The notes below the pieces were generated by a model that worked only from the letters and a program-made list of their open reading frames with translations, searched no databases and was not told the DNA's origin. A program made the position numbers and the translations under genes. Source: a bacterium (GTDB lineage: Bacteria; Zhuqueibacterota; Zhuqueibacteria; Oceanimicrobiales; Oceanimicrobiaceae). From it: a stretch of DNA of 20,013 bases. The first letter of the stretch is position 1. Each line of letters opens with the position of its first letter. This document shows positions 1 through 7,944 of the stretch, piece after piece. The DNA is taken from NCBI GenBank assembly GCA_046757025.1, contig JBHHXN010000093.1:1-20013 (forward strand). The letters are read 5' to 3'.

Positions 1-214
1 TTGTCGGATATCATGACATTTGGTATGTTATCCGGATCAGTAGACTTATATGTTAATTCGTGGCGCCCCACGTCCGGCGCGTCGCTGGAGTAAGGCATAA
101 AAAGCAGCACGAACCAACTAAGTTTTCAACCATAACATTTACACTTTAAATAAAGTTTTGCTAAATCAATAAATACTCAGGCGCTTTAAAATGTACGGCC
201 TGTCTTGCGCAACG

Positions 215-344
215 AAATAACAAGCGGATGGACCCGTCACGGCAAATAACTTGTGCGCCTCTTGTAATGCCTCTAACAAACTTAAAACTTTTAACTAACA
301 CCCTGCAGCTTCGCCGTGCGGGTCATCCGCGCGATCCGTTAGCA
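215..344 (+). mobile_element. Integron attC site 1 (130 bp)
   Basis: R'' box AAATAAC (215-221). Left arm GCGGATG[G]ACCCG[T]CACGGC (224-243) pairs with right arm GCCGTGCGGGTCATCCGC (313-330), leaving two extrahelical bases. AT-rich central region. R' box GTTAGCA (338-344) lies just before the next ORF. Confidence 0.85.
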
Positions 345-1603
345 ATAAATAAGATTGGACGATAATCTGATGCCACGACCGATTACACCAGGAAAACAAG
401 CAACCTATCATCACACCAAGCTTTTTTACGCTCCATTCAATTCACAAGCAGGAGCGCCGCCTGTTCTAACTGCAGATCCTTGGTCCTTTCTTATGGCAAC
501 CCTTTCTCAGAAAGTTGAGAGAAGCCGAGGAGAAAACAAGACCAGGTTGACGAAGGCCGTCTACTATGCAGCACAAGCTGAAGCATTTTACAGAACAGGC
601 AGAAATTCTGCCCAGCCGACTAAAGCGACTTTGGTTTACTATGGGTGCTAAACTTGGTTAAGTGCTTCCTCTCTGTGCGTGGAACTGACCTGGAAGTAAA
701 ACACGAACATCATGGTCTTCAGATTCCGCTTGGAGAAAAGCTCAAGGTTCAAGTGCCTGGCAGGACAACAAGCGGGGTCAACATTTTCCATAGATTTTCC
801 AAGGAATTTGACATAAGTCCGACGGTGGAATTGATTGACGTGAAAGACATAATGAAGCACATCCCTGAATTACACCAGATTTCATTCTCTCTGGGATTAC
901 TTCCAAATAACCAGCGCTGCTTCCTGCCTGTAAATATTGATTTACTCACGGATGAGAATGAACACTTTTTGTTTTCAGAAATCAGGTATTCGAAAAAACA
1001 AGAGTCACTGGTCAGAACTTCCAAGTTTCTGAGCGGCGAACGGCGTAAATACTTTAGAGACCCAAGGGAAGAAAATGGTCAAATAATCGTTAGATGCAAG
1101 AGAAGGAAATCCTTTACGTGGGACACGCTCCCAAGAATATATCAAAATATAATTAAAGAATATTCCAAATTTGGTATCGCAATGCTTTTGACCAGAGATG
1201 GATACAAATACTATATTGATTTGGAAACACCCAGGTATCATCACCTTTGCTATTCGTTGATGTTTATGTTTTATCTTGGAACCGTGACAAGATATCGACC
1301 CTCGGAGACTGAAGAAATTTTAAGCAGCGAGTTAAGGCCAGCAATAACAGAAGCACTCGCAACTTCACCAAACCAATTCCTATATCAAATGGTTGGGATT
1401 ATTACGGGCAAAGTCTGCGTAGTCCCATATTCTTATTTCGATACGATCTAAGGCCGCTCGTTCGCCAACGTTAGTGAGCCTGCTAACATTGTTTCCACCT
1501 GACGAGAGGGCTGTGGATTTTTGGCTTGGTTTAATGCTTTCTCATAGGTTATTCTAATAAGCAAGTCAGGTGCCCTTAATCCCTCTCGCAGGTGAAACTC
1601 TTG
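339..1603 (+). mobile_element. Integron gene cassette carrying the YaaC-like gene
   Basis: Bounded by G/TT crossover points at 338/339 and 1603/1604. The leading R' (GTTAGCA) is the exact reverse complement of the trailing R'' (TGCTAAC, 1481-1487), as expected for a cassette that once circularised. The ORF starts about 16 bp after the crossover, leaving no room for a promoter. Confidence 0.85.
355..1451 (+). pseudogene. YaaC-like protein, frameshifted (ORFs 355-651 and 645-1451 are one gene)
   Basis: Joined frames read ...PTKATLVYYG-x-LNLVKCFL...HHGL...MFYLGTVTRYRP, matching recalled YaaC-family motifs (YYxxLNLxK, HGL, LxxxxRYxP). TAT GGG TG CTA AAC at 640-653 is one base short. Start is TTG 355 or ATG 370. 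May be a sequencing error rather than a true pseudogene. Confidence 0.75.
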
Positions 1604-1609
1604 TTAACC
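1481..1609 (+). mobile_element. Integron attC site 2 (129 bp), apparently last of the array
   Basis: R'' TGCTAAC (1481-1487). Left arm GTTT[C]CACCTG[A]CGAGAGGG (1491-1510) pairs with CCCTCTCGCAGGTGAAAC (1581-1598). Extrahelical C and A on the top strand equal the canonical G and T on the bottom strand. R' GTTAACC (1603-1609). Confidence 0.9.
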
Positions 1610-2047
1610 CTCGAAACATGCGATATGCAATGATTATGCCTTTAGAAGTGGAGCTGCCGGCTTACCAATTTGACGTATACTAATAAAAGGCATCATTAGC
1701 TCCTTTTATTTTCCACAGTTCGTCTGCCAATCAGCATCTAATTCGCAATGCAATTAAGTCACAAATATATTCCTTTGGGTACGAGGTTGCCTATTTTTTT
1801 AACATTTTTTTGAATGTAACAACTCTCGGCAAAAACCTCAGCGTCTTCCTTGCATACTCAAGAAAAGTGTCTCCAAATTCCTAAACAACCAATTTCTCTC
1901 GTTGACTCACAGCGAACACACAACCTTCTTTTATTAAACAAGTTAAGATTTCCACCCATAGAAATTGCTTGTAAATGATAACAAGGTTCATTACATTTGA
2001 TTAGCAATGACCGTTTATCCAATAAAATCAAGTTAAATCCTGAATAA

Positions 2048-2257
2048 ATGAAAAAAAAAGTTATCATGGCGCGTAAAGTCAAAAAGAGCGAACTGGACCG
2101 CTCTTTTGACCTTGATTTTTGGGTAAAGCTGGGAGCGGAGAAAAGATTTGCCGCCGCCTGGCAAATGGCGCAAGAATGACTCATGATTCGAGGGCAGCAT
2201 GCAACCCAATCCAGACTTCAAAGATCTGTTCAAAATATTAAAAGCAGAAAGGGTTAA
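2048..2257 (+). pseudogene. Small basic protein (DRSFDxxFW...RFxAAW...RLQRSV type) with internal TGA at 2177-2179
   Basis: Manual translation: MKKKVIMARKVKKSELDRSFDLDFWVKLGAEKRFAAAWQMAQE*LMIRGQHATQSRLQRSVQNIKSRKG*. Resembles, from memory, small proteins encoded upstream of and overlapping nucleotidyltransferase genes. Absent from the ORF track. Confidence 0.6.
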
Positions 2258-2294
2258 GTATCGGGTTGCACTAAAGCTTTATTTTTCATACTAA
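2199..2294 (+). pseudogene. Truncated 5' fragment of a nucleotidyltransferase-like gene
   Basis: MQPNPDFKDLFKILKAERVKY matches the typical N-terminus (NPDFKDLFxxLNxxxVxYLVVGGYA) of this family. It diverges before the GG motif and stops after 31 codons. Overlaps the upstream small ORF. Confidence 0.55.
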
Positions 2295-2396
2295 CGGACC
2301 GGGGTGCCACGGCTTTGGGTGTTCACGATTGCGCGTAGTCTTTCTCCCCTCACCCCAGCAACCTAAAGGTTGAACACCGACCCTACCCTCACGGTT

Positions 2397-2431
2397 TAAA
2401 CCTTCCAGGTTTTCAAAACCTGGAAGGTTTA
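2397..2431. repeat. Perfect 17-bp inverted repeat with nested palindromes (REP-like)
   Basis: TAAACCTTCCAGGTTTT-C-AAAACCTGGAAGGTTTA. Each arm is itself AAACCT-N3-AGGTTT. Lies just 3' of the minus-strand methyltransferase gene, so it may also act as a terminator. Confidence 0.8.
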
Positions 2432-2463
2432 TTGATCACCGAAATTCCCGCCGCGGTGAGACG

Positions 2464-3171
2464 CTAATTTTTCTTTGTCAACAGCAAAATACCAGGAACA
2501 AACCGCGGCGTATTCCGTGCATATTTCAGATAGTCGTCACCAAACTCTTCGGTGACAAACTTCTCCTCCTGCCGTGCCAGCCAGACATAAGCTGCCACCA
2601 GAATCGGCCAGAACACCAGCGTGATGATCGATGGCCAGTGCAAAATCCAGCCCAGCGTAAACAGAAATATCCCCGTGTATTGTGGATGGCGTATGAACCG
2701 GTAAATGCCGCTGGTCACCAATCCTTTGGCGCGGTGAATTTTCTGCCAGCCCAAGGCGATCAACAGCAAGCCGATCATACTCAGCCAGGTGCCCAGAATG
2801 GGTCCGGCGTGGCCGAAATTCTGACGCGCCCATCCTCTTAATGAAGGCACTTCCACCAATGGTGAAATCAGAAATATCAACAGAGGCCAACCGAACATTT
2901 CGGTCATCAAAGCAATGACGAAGGCCACAAACACCCCTTTTGATTTCCAGGTGCTCATGGTAGCACGCCGATAAGGCAGCAAGGCCAGAAAGGCGATCAC
3001 GATCAAAATGTTAACCACTATCAAACCCGTTTTGCCCAAATTGGCCCGCAGCCAGGATATGGTGACCGGCGGCCCGCTGTGACTGAACATTTCCACTGCA
3101 TAAATTCCAACAAATAGAATCAAAGCGATAACGCCGATGACGGTAAGCACATTTTGTTTTAGATTATTCAT
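2464..3171 (-). CDS. Isoprenylcysteine carboxyl methyltransferase / PEMT-family membrane methyltransferase (235 aa)
   Basis: Multiple TM segments; LVTSGIYRFIRHPQY and EE...FGxxYxxY...PRF motifs. Start reassigned to ATG 3171 (MNNLKQ), with AAGGA upstream. The 85-aa extension in the ORF track is translation of intergenic repeats. Confidence 0.85.
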   Translation of the reverse strand: MNNLKQNVLTVIGVIALILFVGIYAVEMFSHSGPPVTISWLRANLGKTGLIVVNILIVIAFLALLPYRRATMSTWKSKGVFVAFVIALMTEMFGWPLLIFLISPLVEVPSLRGWARQNFGHAGPILGTWLSMIGLLLIALGWQKIHRAKGLVTSGIYRFIRHPQYTGIFLFTLGWILHWPSIITLVFWPILVAAYVWLARQEEKFVTEEFGDDYLKYARNTPRFVPGILLLTKKN

Positions 3172-3174
3172 ATA

Positions 3175-3209
3175 TTTGTCCTTTGTCCTTTGTCCTTTGT
3201 CCTTTGCCA
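3175..3209. repeat. Heptamer tandem repeat (TTTGTCC)x4 plus one degenerate copy
   Basis: Units at 3175, 3182, 3189, 3196 and TTTGCCA at 3203. Confidence 0.95.
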
Positions 3210-3300
3210 CTTGAAACTTGTCTCTTTCGGAATGCCGAGCTGAAAGTATCAAGTTTGAACTATTGGCTGGTACCGGCGGCAATAGTAACTTAATGCCATA

Positions 3301-3411
3301 TCGATTTCCGATTTTCGTTTTCCGATCTTCAATCTTCCATCCTCCATCAGCAATCCCTACCCACGAGTTACAATCACAAACCCGCAATCTGAAATCCGCA
3401 ATCCGCCATCG
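3301..3411. repeat. Two degenerate heptamer tandem arrays (consensus about NCAATCY / NCGATTT)
   Basis: tcgattt ccgattt tcgtttt ccgatct tcaatct tccatcc tccatca gcaatcc, then acaatca caaaccc gcaatct gaaatcc gcaatcc gccatcg, directly after the peptidase stop codon. Confidence 0.75.
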
Positions 3412-3412
3412 A

Positions 3413-5221
3413 CTACCGGCTGGCAATCACGCTCTTCCGCCCTTTATTGGCTTCTTTCAGAAAGTCCATCAAAGGTTGAAAGTATTCGAGCATGGCGCGG
3501 GCGCTCAAATCTTCGCCGGTTTTTTCTTTCAGTACTTTGCGCCAATCCTTGCTAGACCCTGGCCGCATGATGCTTTTCAAAAAATCGCCGACTTCTTTGC
3601 TGCCATAGTAGTTACAGTTACGCGGATCCTGATTCAGAATTTTTCGCGCGATATAGTCGTGCAGATGAAATTTCAACACACAAGAAAGCGCGTAATCATA
3701 GTACTGTGCCGGATCATTATTTATGTGGGTTTTGCTGGCCGCGTCGCAGTATTCTTCACCGCGCGGTACCGGCGGCACGATGCCCTGATATTTGGCCACG
3801 TATTCCCACCAGCGCTCGTTGAACTGCTCTTTGGGCAGATTCTGTTCATAAAGATCATATTCGAAATGGGTCATGGTGCCGGCGGCGAAAGGAATAAACA
3901 CCACCGAGCTGGTAGAAAGCGCATCATTCAACAGCCATTGCACTTGATCGATTTCCTTTTCCTTCGGCAATAGCCCAAGATGCTCGAGATAAGCCCGCTG
4001 GGTAGAGGCAATCCGCATCAAATCGCCAATGCCCTCGTGGTAGCTGCGATTAGCGCCCCGCCTGAGAAGCAGCGGCACATCGGGATTGGTGTATTCGATG
4101 TAGTAATAAATGTGCCCGAGCTCGTGATGCGCGGTACCAAACCAGCGGCTGTTGGCTTCCACGCTCATCAACGAACGATAATCCTGATCGTAGTCCAGGT
4201 GCCAGGCCGAAGCATGATTATTTTTCTTGCGCGTAGAACCCTCTTCTACCGGGTAAAGATCAGACTTATCCCAGAAATTCTGATTGAGTGTATCGAACCC
4301 GAGGCTCACATAAAACTGTTCGGCGGTTTTATTGATCCATTCGGGAGTTTTATCTTTAAACAAATCATCCAGATCCACGGCTTCCACGATACCCGGCCAA
4401 TTTTGTCCCCAGCGATTTGGCAGCCAGTGAGCAGGCAAATATTCCGGCACGGTCTGATTGTAGCGTTCAGCCAATTCATAGCGAATGTAGGTGTGCAGCT
4501 CCGAATATAAAGGCCGCAGCTGTTCCACCAAATTATCCATGAGCGCCATCAACTCGTCCACGGTCATACCGTAGTCGGCCACCTCCAGGGCAAAAAACGA
4601 GCTGTAACCCATTTCCTGCGCCACCTGATTGCGCAATGATTGCAGATTTTCCAGGCCATCTTTCAATACCTTGCCCACTTCTTTGCTGGATTCCCAGGCA
4701 GCTAAACGCTGCTGTAAATCACGAGAGTCCACCAGAATGCGATCGATTTCATTGGTGGAGACGATTCGGGCTTTGCCTTTTTTGTCCCGCAGCACAAAAT
4801 CAAATCCATAAAGTAAGCTGTTTTGTTTGGTTTCCGCATTGATGAGCTCCTCGACCACCTCCGGAATTGTGGCCGGCTGATGAGCCGCACGCAAACGAAT
4901 TTTTTCCAACTGCAACACCTGCAAAGGATCGAGCTGGTCTTTTTGCTCTAACAAGGACCAAGTTTTCTCAATAACTTCTTTACTTCCGACATATTTAGCA
5001 AATTCTTTCTCCTTCAGAACATTCAAGCTGTCATGCTCATCACTGATGTCCGTGTTTGCCAGCCAGGCAGCTTGGGACGCCTCGTAGTAGAGTTTCTGGA
5101 AGTTTTCGGTGTATTCGCTGATGAATTCAGCGGCTTCCTTTTTCACCGTATTTTGTGCGCACGCCAACAACAACATGCTCCCCAAACTTAGGTAAAATCT
5201 CAACTTAAGAAATATCATCAT
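3413..5221 (-). CDS. M2-family metallopeptidase (ACE-like peptidyl-dipeptidase A), predicted lipoprotein
   Basis: HHELGH zinc motif, GANxxxHEGIGD third ligand, PLYxELHxYxR, LPAHWLxNxWGQxW, HASAW. Lipobox LLAC. Strong AAGGAGG RBS. Confidence 0.93.
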   Translation of the reverse strand: MMIFLKLRFYLSLGSMLLLACAQNTVKKEAAEFISEYTENFQKLYYEASQAAWLANTDISDEHDSLNVLKEKEFAKYVGSKEVIEKTWSLLEQKDQLDPLQVLQLEKIRLRAAHQPATIPEVVEELINAETKQNSLLYGFDFVLRDKKGKARIVSTNEIDRILVDSRDLQQRLAAWESSKEVGKVLKDGLENLQSLRNQVAQEMGYSSFFALEVADYGMTVDELMALMDNLVEQLRPLYSELHTYIRYELAERYNQTVPEYLPAHWLPNRWGQNWPGIVEAVDLDDLFKDKTPEWINKTAEQFYVSLGFDTLNQNFWDKSDLYPVEEGSTRKKNNHASAWHLDYDQDYRSLMSVEANSRWFGTAHHELGHIYYYIEYTNPDVPLLLRRGANRSYHEGIGDLMRIASTQRAYLEHLGLLPKEKEIDQVQWLLNDALSTSSVVFIPFAAGTMTHFEYDLYEQNLPKEQFNERWWEYVAKYQGIVPPVPRGEEYCDAASKTHINNDPAQYYDYALSCVLKFHLHDYIARKILNQDPRNCNYYGSKEVGDFLKSIMRPGSSKDWRKVLKEKTGEDLSARAMLEYFQPLMDFLKEANKGRKSVIASR

Positions 5222-5401
5222 TTCCTCCTTTTTAGATGACTATGGCCTAAACCAACTTGTGAGTGGCTAATAAATTCGTGCCACATTGAAAAATAATTGT
5301 TGCAAGGTTAAAAATCAACTACCAAAATTCCGTCCGTCGAAATCCGTACCACTGGGGTTTTTATGCACGCATTTTCCATTTATTTGCCCGTGCGTACATA
5401 T

Positions 5402-5656
5402 TCAATTGCCATTTTTCGCCTGCCGCGTTTCCTGGATGATGCGTTCGAATCGCGGTTTGTAGATGAGGTCGAACGTTTCCGCTTTATCTGGAAACAACCG
5501 CAGTACGCTCTTTCTGGTCGCTTCAACCAACTCGGTGGCTTCGGCTGTCGTTAAATTACCCTGGTAAAGTACGGCGGCGGTCAAATCGACGATGACGCGC
5601 AGCCGACGCATTTTTTTCCGCTCTTCGGCTATTTTATCTTTATCGGCATTTGACAT
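5402..5656 (-). CDS. Small helical hypothetical protein (84 aa)
   Basis: ATG start and protein-like composition. The LFPDKxxTFDLIYxPRFxR tail looks like a conserved uncharacterised family. Confidence 0.75.
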   Translation of the reverse strand: MSNADKDKIAEERKKMRRLRVIVDLTAAVLYQGNLTTAEATELVEATRKSVLRLFPDKAETFDLIYKPRFERIIQETRQAKNGN

Positions 5657-5824
5657 GGACTAAAATGACCCTTTTTTAACTGCGATTTGATTTGGACAGG
5701 ACAACGGATTCTGATCGCGCCAGGCAGCGGCTTTTAAATCCTCGAATTGGAACATCCGGGATTTAAAATATGTTGAACTAACTATAAAAGCTGCAAATAA
5801 ACGGACATCCCAAAGGAAACGGGT

Positions 5825-6688
5825 TTGAGAACAATTAAGCGCACTTTTATCGGCAAACTTTTATTTTGGTCGCTCCCAATTTGCCTGACAACCACTTTGA
5901 CTCATGCCCAGAACCCCAACACCCAAATTGATACCACAAGCTATGCAGCACCTGCCAAAGAAATTTTAACTAAAAACACCTTGGAAGAAAAGCAATTCAC
6001 GGTGCGCAAGCACGATTTCATCGATCAGGTGGCCATTCGTCATTCCGCTCTCACCAGCGACACCAGCCTGGTTTTCGAGTTCAAGCTGAAATCCTACTCC
6101 TCTTTGCTGCTTTCTCCGGAAGAACTGCACGAAATCACCCCGCAGGGAGCCGATCCCGGAGGGGAAGCCATCCGTCGCCGGTTTCACGACATTCCCCCAA
6201 CCGTGCCCCTCAACGGTCTCATCAGAAGCTTAATCGCCAAAAGCAAGTCATCGCGTAAAAAGCGCTCGTTAGCAGAAATGCCGTTGCCATCGGATCTGGA
6301 GATAGAAATCCTGAAAGTGCTGTGGGTGCAGCCCATCGCCAGTTCCAGCGATATTTACGCTCAGTTGGATTCCACCCTGCCGCTCACTTCAGAAGACCTG
6401 AACAAAATTCTGGAACAGATGGCCGAGCGCGGCTTCCTCGATCGCAAAAAAGTTTCGCCTTCCCACGAATTCAACTTGTTCGGCATCGCCCAGATCGAGC
6501 TCAGCTCAAAGAACAGAAAAAACAAACTCTACCTCTACTGGCCACTGGTTCCTAAAAAAGAGCTGATCACTTACCTCGATTCAAAGCGCTATTTAGCTTT
6601 CGCTGCAGCTCAAAAAAACGGTCACAATGGCAATGAAAACTCGTATTACAAAATTCTCAAAGAAAAATTAAACCGCATTATAAAATAA
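5825..6688 (+). CDS. Hypothetical protein with N-terminal signal peptide and C-terminal BlaI/MecI/CopY-like winged helix
   Basis: TTG start with AAAGGA RBS. Signal-like N-terminus ending THA|Q. SDLEIEILKVLW...IYAQL...ILEQMAERGFLDR...LYLYWPLVPKKE aligns by eye with the BlaI pattern. Confidence 0.7.
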   Translation: MRTIKRTFIGKLLFWSLPICLTTTLTHAQNPNTQIDTTSYAAPAKEILTKNTLEEKQFTVRKHDFIDQVAIRHSALTSDTSLVFEFKLKSYSSLLLSPEELHEITPQGADPGGEAIRRRFHDIPPTVPLNGLIRSLIAKSKSSRKKRSLAEMPLPSDLEIEILKVLWVQPIASSSDIYAQLDSTLPLTSEDLNKILEQMAERGFLDRKKVSPSHEFNLFGIAQIELSSKNRKNKLYLYWPLVPKKELITYLDSKRYLAFAAAQKNGHNGNENSYYKILKEKLNRIIK

Positions 6689-6701
6689 CCATTCTCTGGC
6701 A

Positions 6702-7685
6702 TTAAAGCCATCCATTATCCAAATACCACCGATAAGTTTCCTGCACCGCTTCTTTCAAACCAAATTGCGTTTGAAATCCCAGTTCGCTTTTGGCTTTGGC
6801 ATTCGAGCAGAGCCAGAACCGCGGCCGCAGCTCTTTGAATTTATCGATGCTGAACAAACTGGGCTGCCGCAGAATACCGTTGTAAACCTGATAACCGCCG
6901 AACACCAAAAACGCCAGTGAAAGGGGAATCACCACTTTCCTGGCACGGACGGCCATCACTTCGGCCAGAGTTTCTGCAAAGGTCTGCCAGGAAATGAAAT
7001 CATCGTTGCACAGATAGTACATTTGGCCGCTTGATTGGGCTTTTTCAGCAACCAGCCAAATTCCCCGCACCAGATCTTTCACGTAGATTAAACTGAGATA
7101 GCGATCGCCGCCGCTTATTTGCAGATGAACGTTTTTTTGGGTCAACTTAAAAAAATTGAAAATGTCCGTATCGCGAGGACCAAAAACCGACGGCGGCCGC
7201 ACGATGGCGGTGGGCAGACGGGGCATGAAGGTGCGCGCCGCTTCTTCGGCCTGCAGTTTGCTCCGACCGTAATGCGAAACCGGTTGCGGGGGATCGGCTT
7301 CTTTCAGAGGTTGTTTGGAGGCGGCAGGGCCGGCAGCCGACTGACTGGAAACCAGCACAAATTTTTTCAGCGACAAATTATGTTTTTGCACAGCGCTGAG
7401 TAAATTTTTGGTGCCATCAACATTGACGTGGTAGTAAGCCGAGCGAGAAATAAATTTCGTGAGTCCCGCCAAGTGGAAGACATAATCCACGCCTTTCACC
7501 GCCTCGCTCAGCGATTCCGGCTCGTTGATATCGCCGGCCACGGCTTGAAAGTCCAACCCCTGAAGCCAGGTGTGGCGCCGGCAGTGGTTTCGCAACAGGC
7601 AGGTTACTTCCAGGCCGTGGTGCAATAATTCTTCCACTAAAAAACTGCCGATAAAGCCTCTCCCGCCGGTCACCAGCGCTTTCAA
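6702..7685 (-). CDS. NAD(P)-dependent epimerase/dehydratase (extended SDR); candidate ceramide reductase CerR
   Basis: TGGRGFIG Rossmann motif, HLAG, SSQSAAGP, YGRSK catalytic motif, RPPSVFGPRD. The SDR call is strong. The CerR role is inferred from adjacency to spt and bcerS. Confidence 0.8.
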   Translation of the reverse strand: MKALVTGGRGFIGSFLVEELLHHGLEVTCLLRNHCRRHTWLQGLDFQAVAGDINEPESLSEAVKGVDYVFHLAGLTKFISRSAYYHVNVDGTKNLLSAVQKHNLSLKKFVLVSSQSAAGPAASKQPLKEADPPQPVSHYGRSKLQAEEAARTFMPRLPTAIVRPPSVFGPRDTDIFNFFKLTQKNVHLQISGGDRYLSLIYVKDLVRGIWLVAEKAQSSGQMYYLCNDDFISWQTFAETLAEVMAVRARKVVIPLSLAFLVFGGYQVYNGILRQPSLFSIDKFKELRPRFWLCSNAKAKSELGFQTQFGLKEAVQETYRWYLDNGWL

Positions 7686-7875
7686 AGGCGCCCTCCAATT
7701 AAGAACAGTTTCGATCTAAAAGTGAGCATAGCCGCGCAATTCAATTATGAATACGAAAGACGTACCGCGAATATTTGACTTTTACTAAACTCGCTTGAAA
7801 AAAATCGCCTCTATTTTAGACATTTTTTTTGAAAGAATCAAGCTTTGCAGATTTAAACGCGTTGTAACTTTTACC

Positions 7876-7904
7876 TTGCTTTCTTCTTTGGCAATGTTTA
7901 TATT
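7876..7904 (+). promoter_or_regulatory. Putative sigma70 promoter for spt
   Basis: TTGCTT (7876-7881), 17 bp spacer, TATATT (7899-7904). AAGGAG RBS precedes GTG 7945. Confidence 0.6.
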
Positions 7905-7944
7905 TATCGTTTAAAAACAGACAATTAAAGTTAAGGAGAGCATC

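Noticed and set aside
1..93. Open frame 1 ending in TAA at 91-93, possibly the 3' end of the previous cassette ORF
   Set aside because: Only 30 codons at the window edge with no motif; another frame is also open to position 56.
130..205. Possible third, degenerate attC (CATAAC...TACACTTTAAA / TTTAAAATGTA)
   Set aside because: AT-rich short arms, no GTT R' box and no clear extrahelical bases.
1618..1683. 21-codon ORF right after attC2 as a further cassette
   Set aside because: Too short, and no downstream attC with an R'' matching GTTAACC was found.
1858..2233. Minus-strand ORFs 1858-2184 and 2033-2233
   Set aside because: No protein-like features; they are antisense to the better-supported plus-strand remnant module.
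3175..3411. Repeats considered as a CRISPR array
   Set aside because: 7-bp tandem units without unique spacers, and no cas genes.
3172..3426. 85-aa N-terminal extension of the methyltransferase
   Set aside because: It is translation of heptamer repeats and overlaps the peptidase stop; a better ATG and RBS exist at 3171.
3218..4510. Long plus-strand ORFs 3218-3973 and 3980-4510, and the other nested or antisense ORFs in the track
   Set aside because: Shadow frames of well-supported genes with no recognisable motifs.
5263..5284. TGGCACG on the minus strand upstream of the peptidase as a sigma54 promoter
   Set aside because: The -12 GC is missing (TT at that position); only a weak GTGGC/GCCAC palindrome remains.
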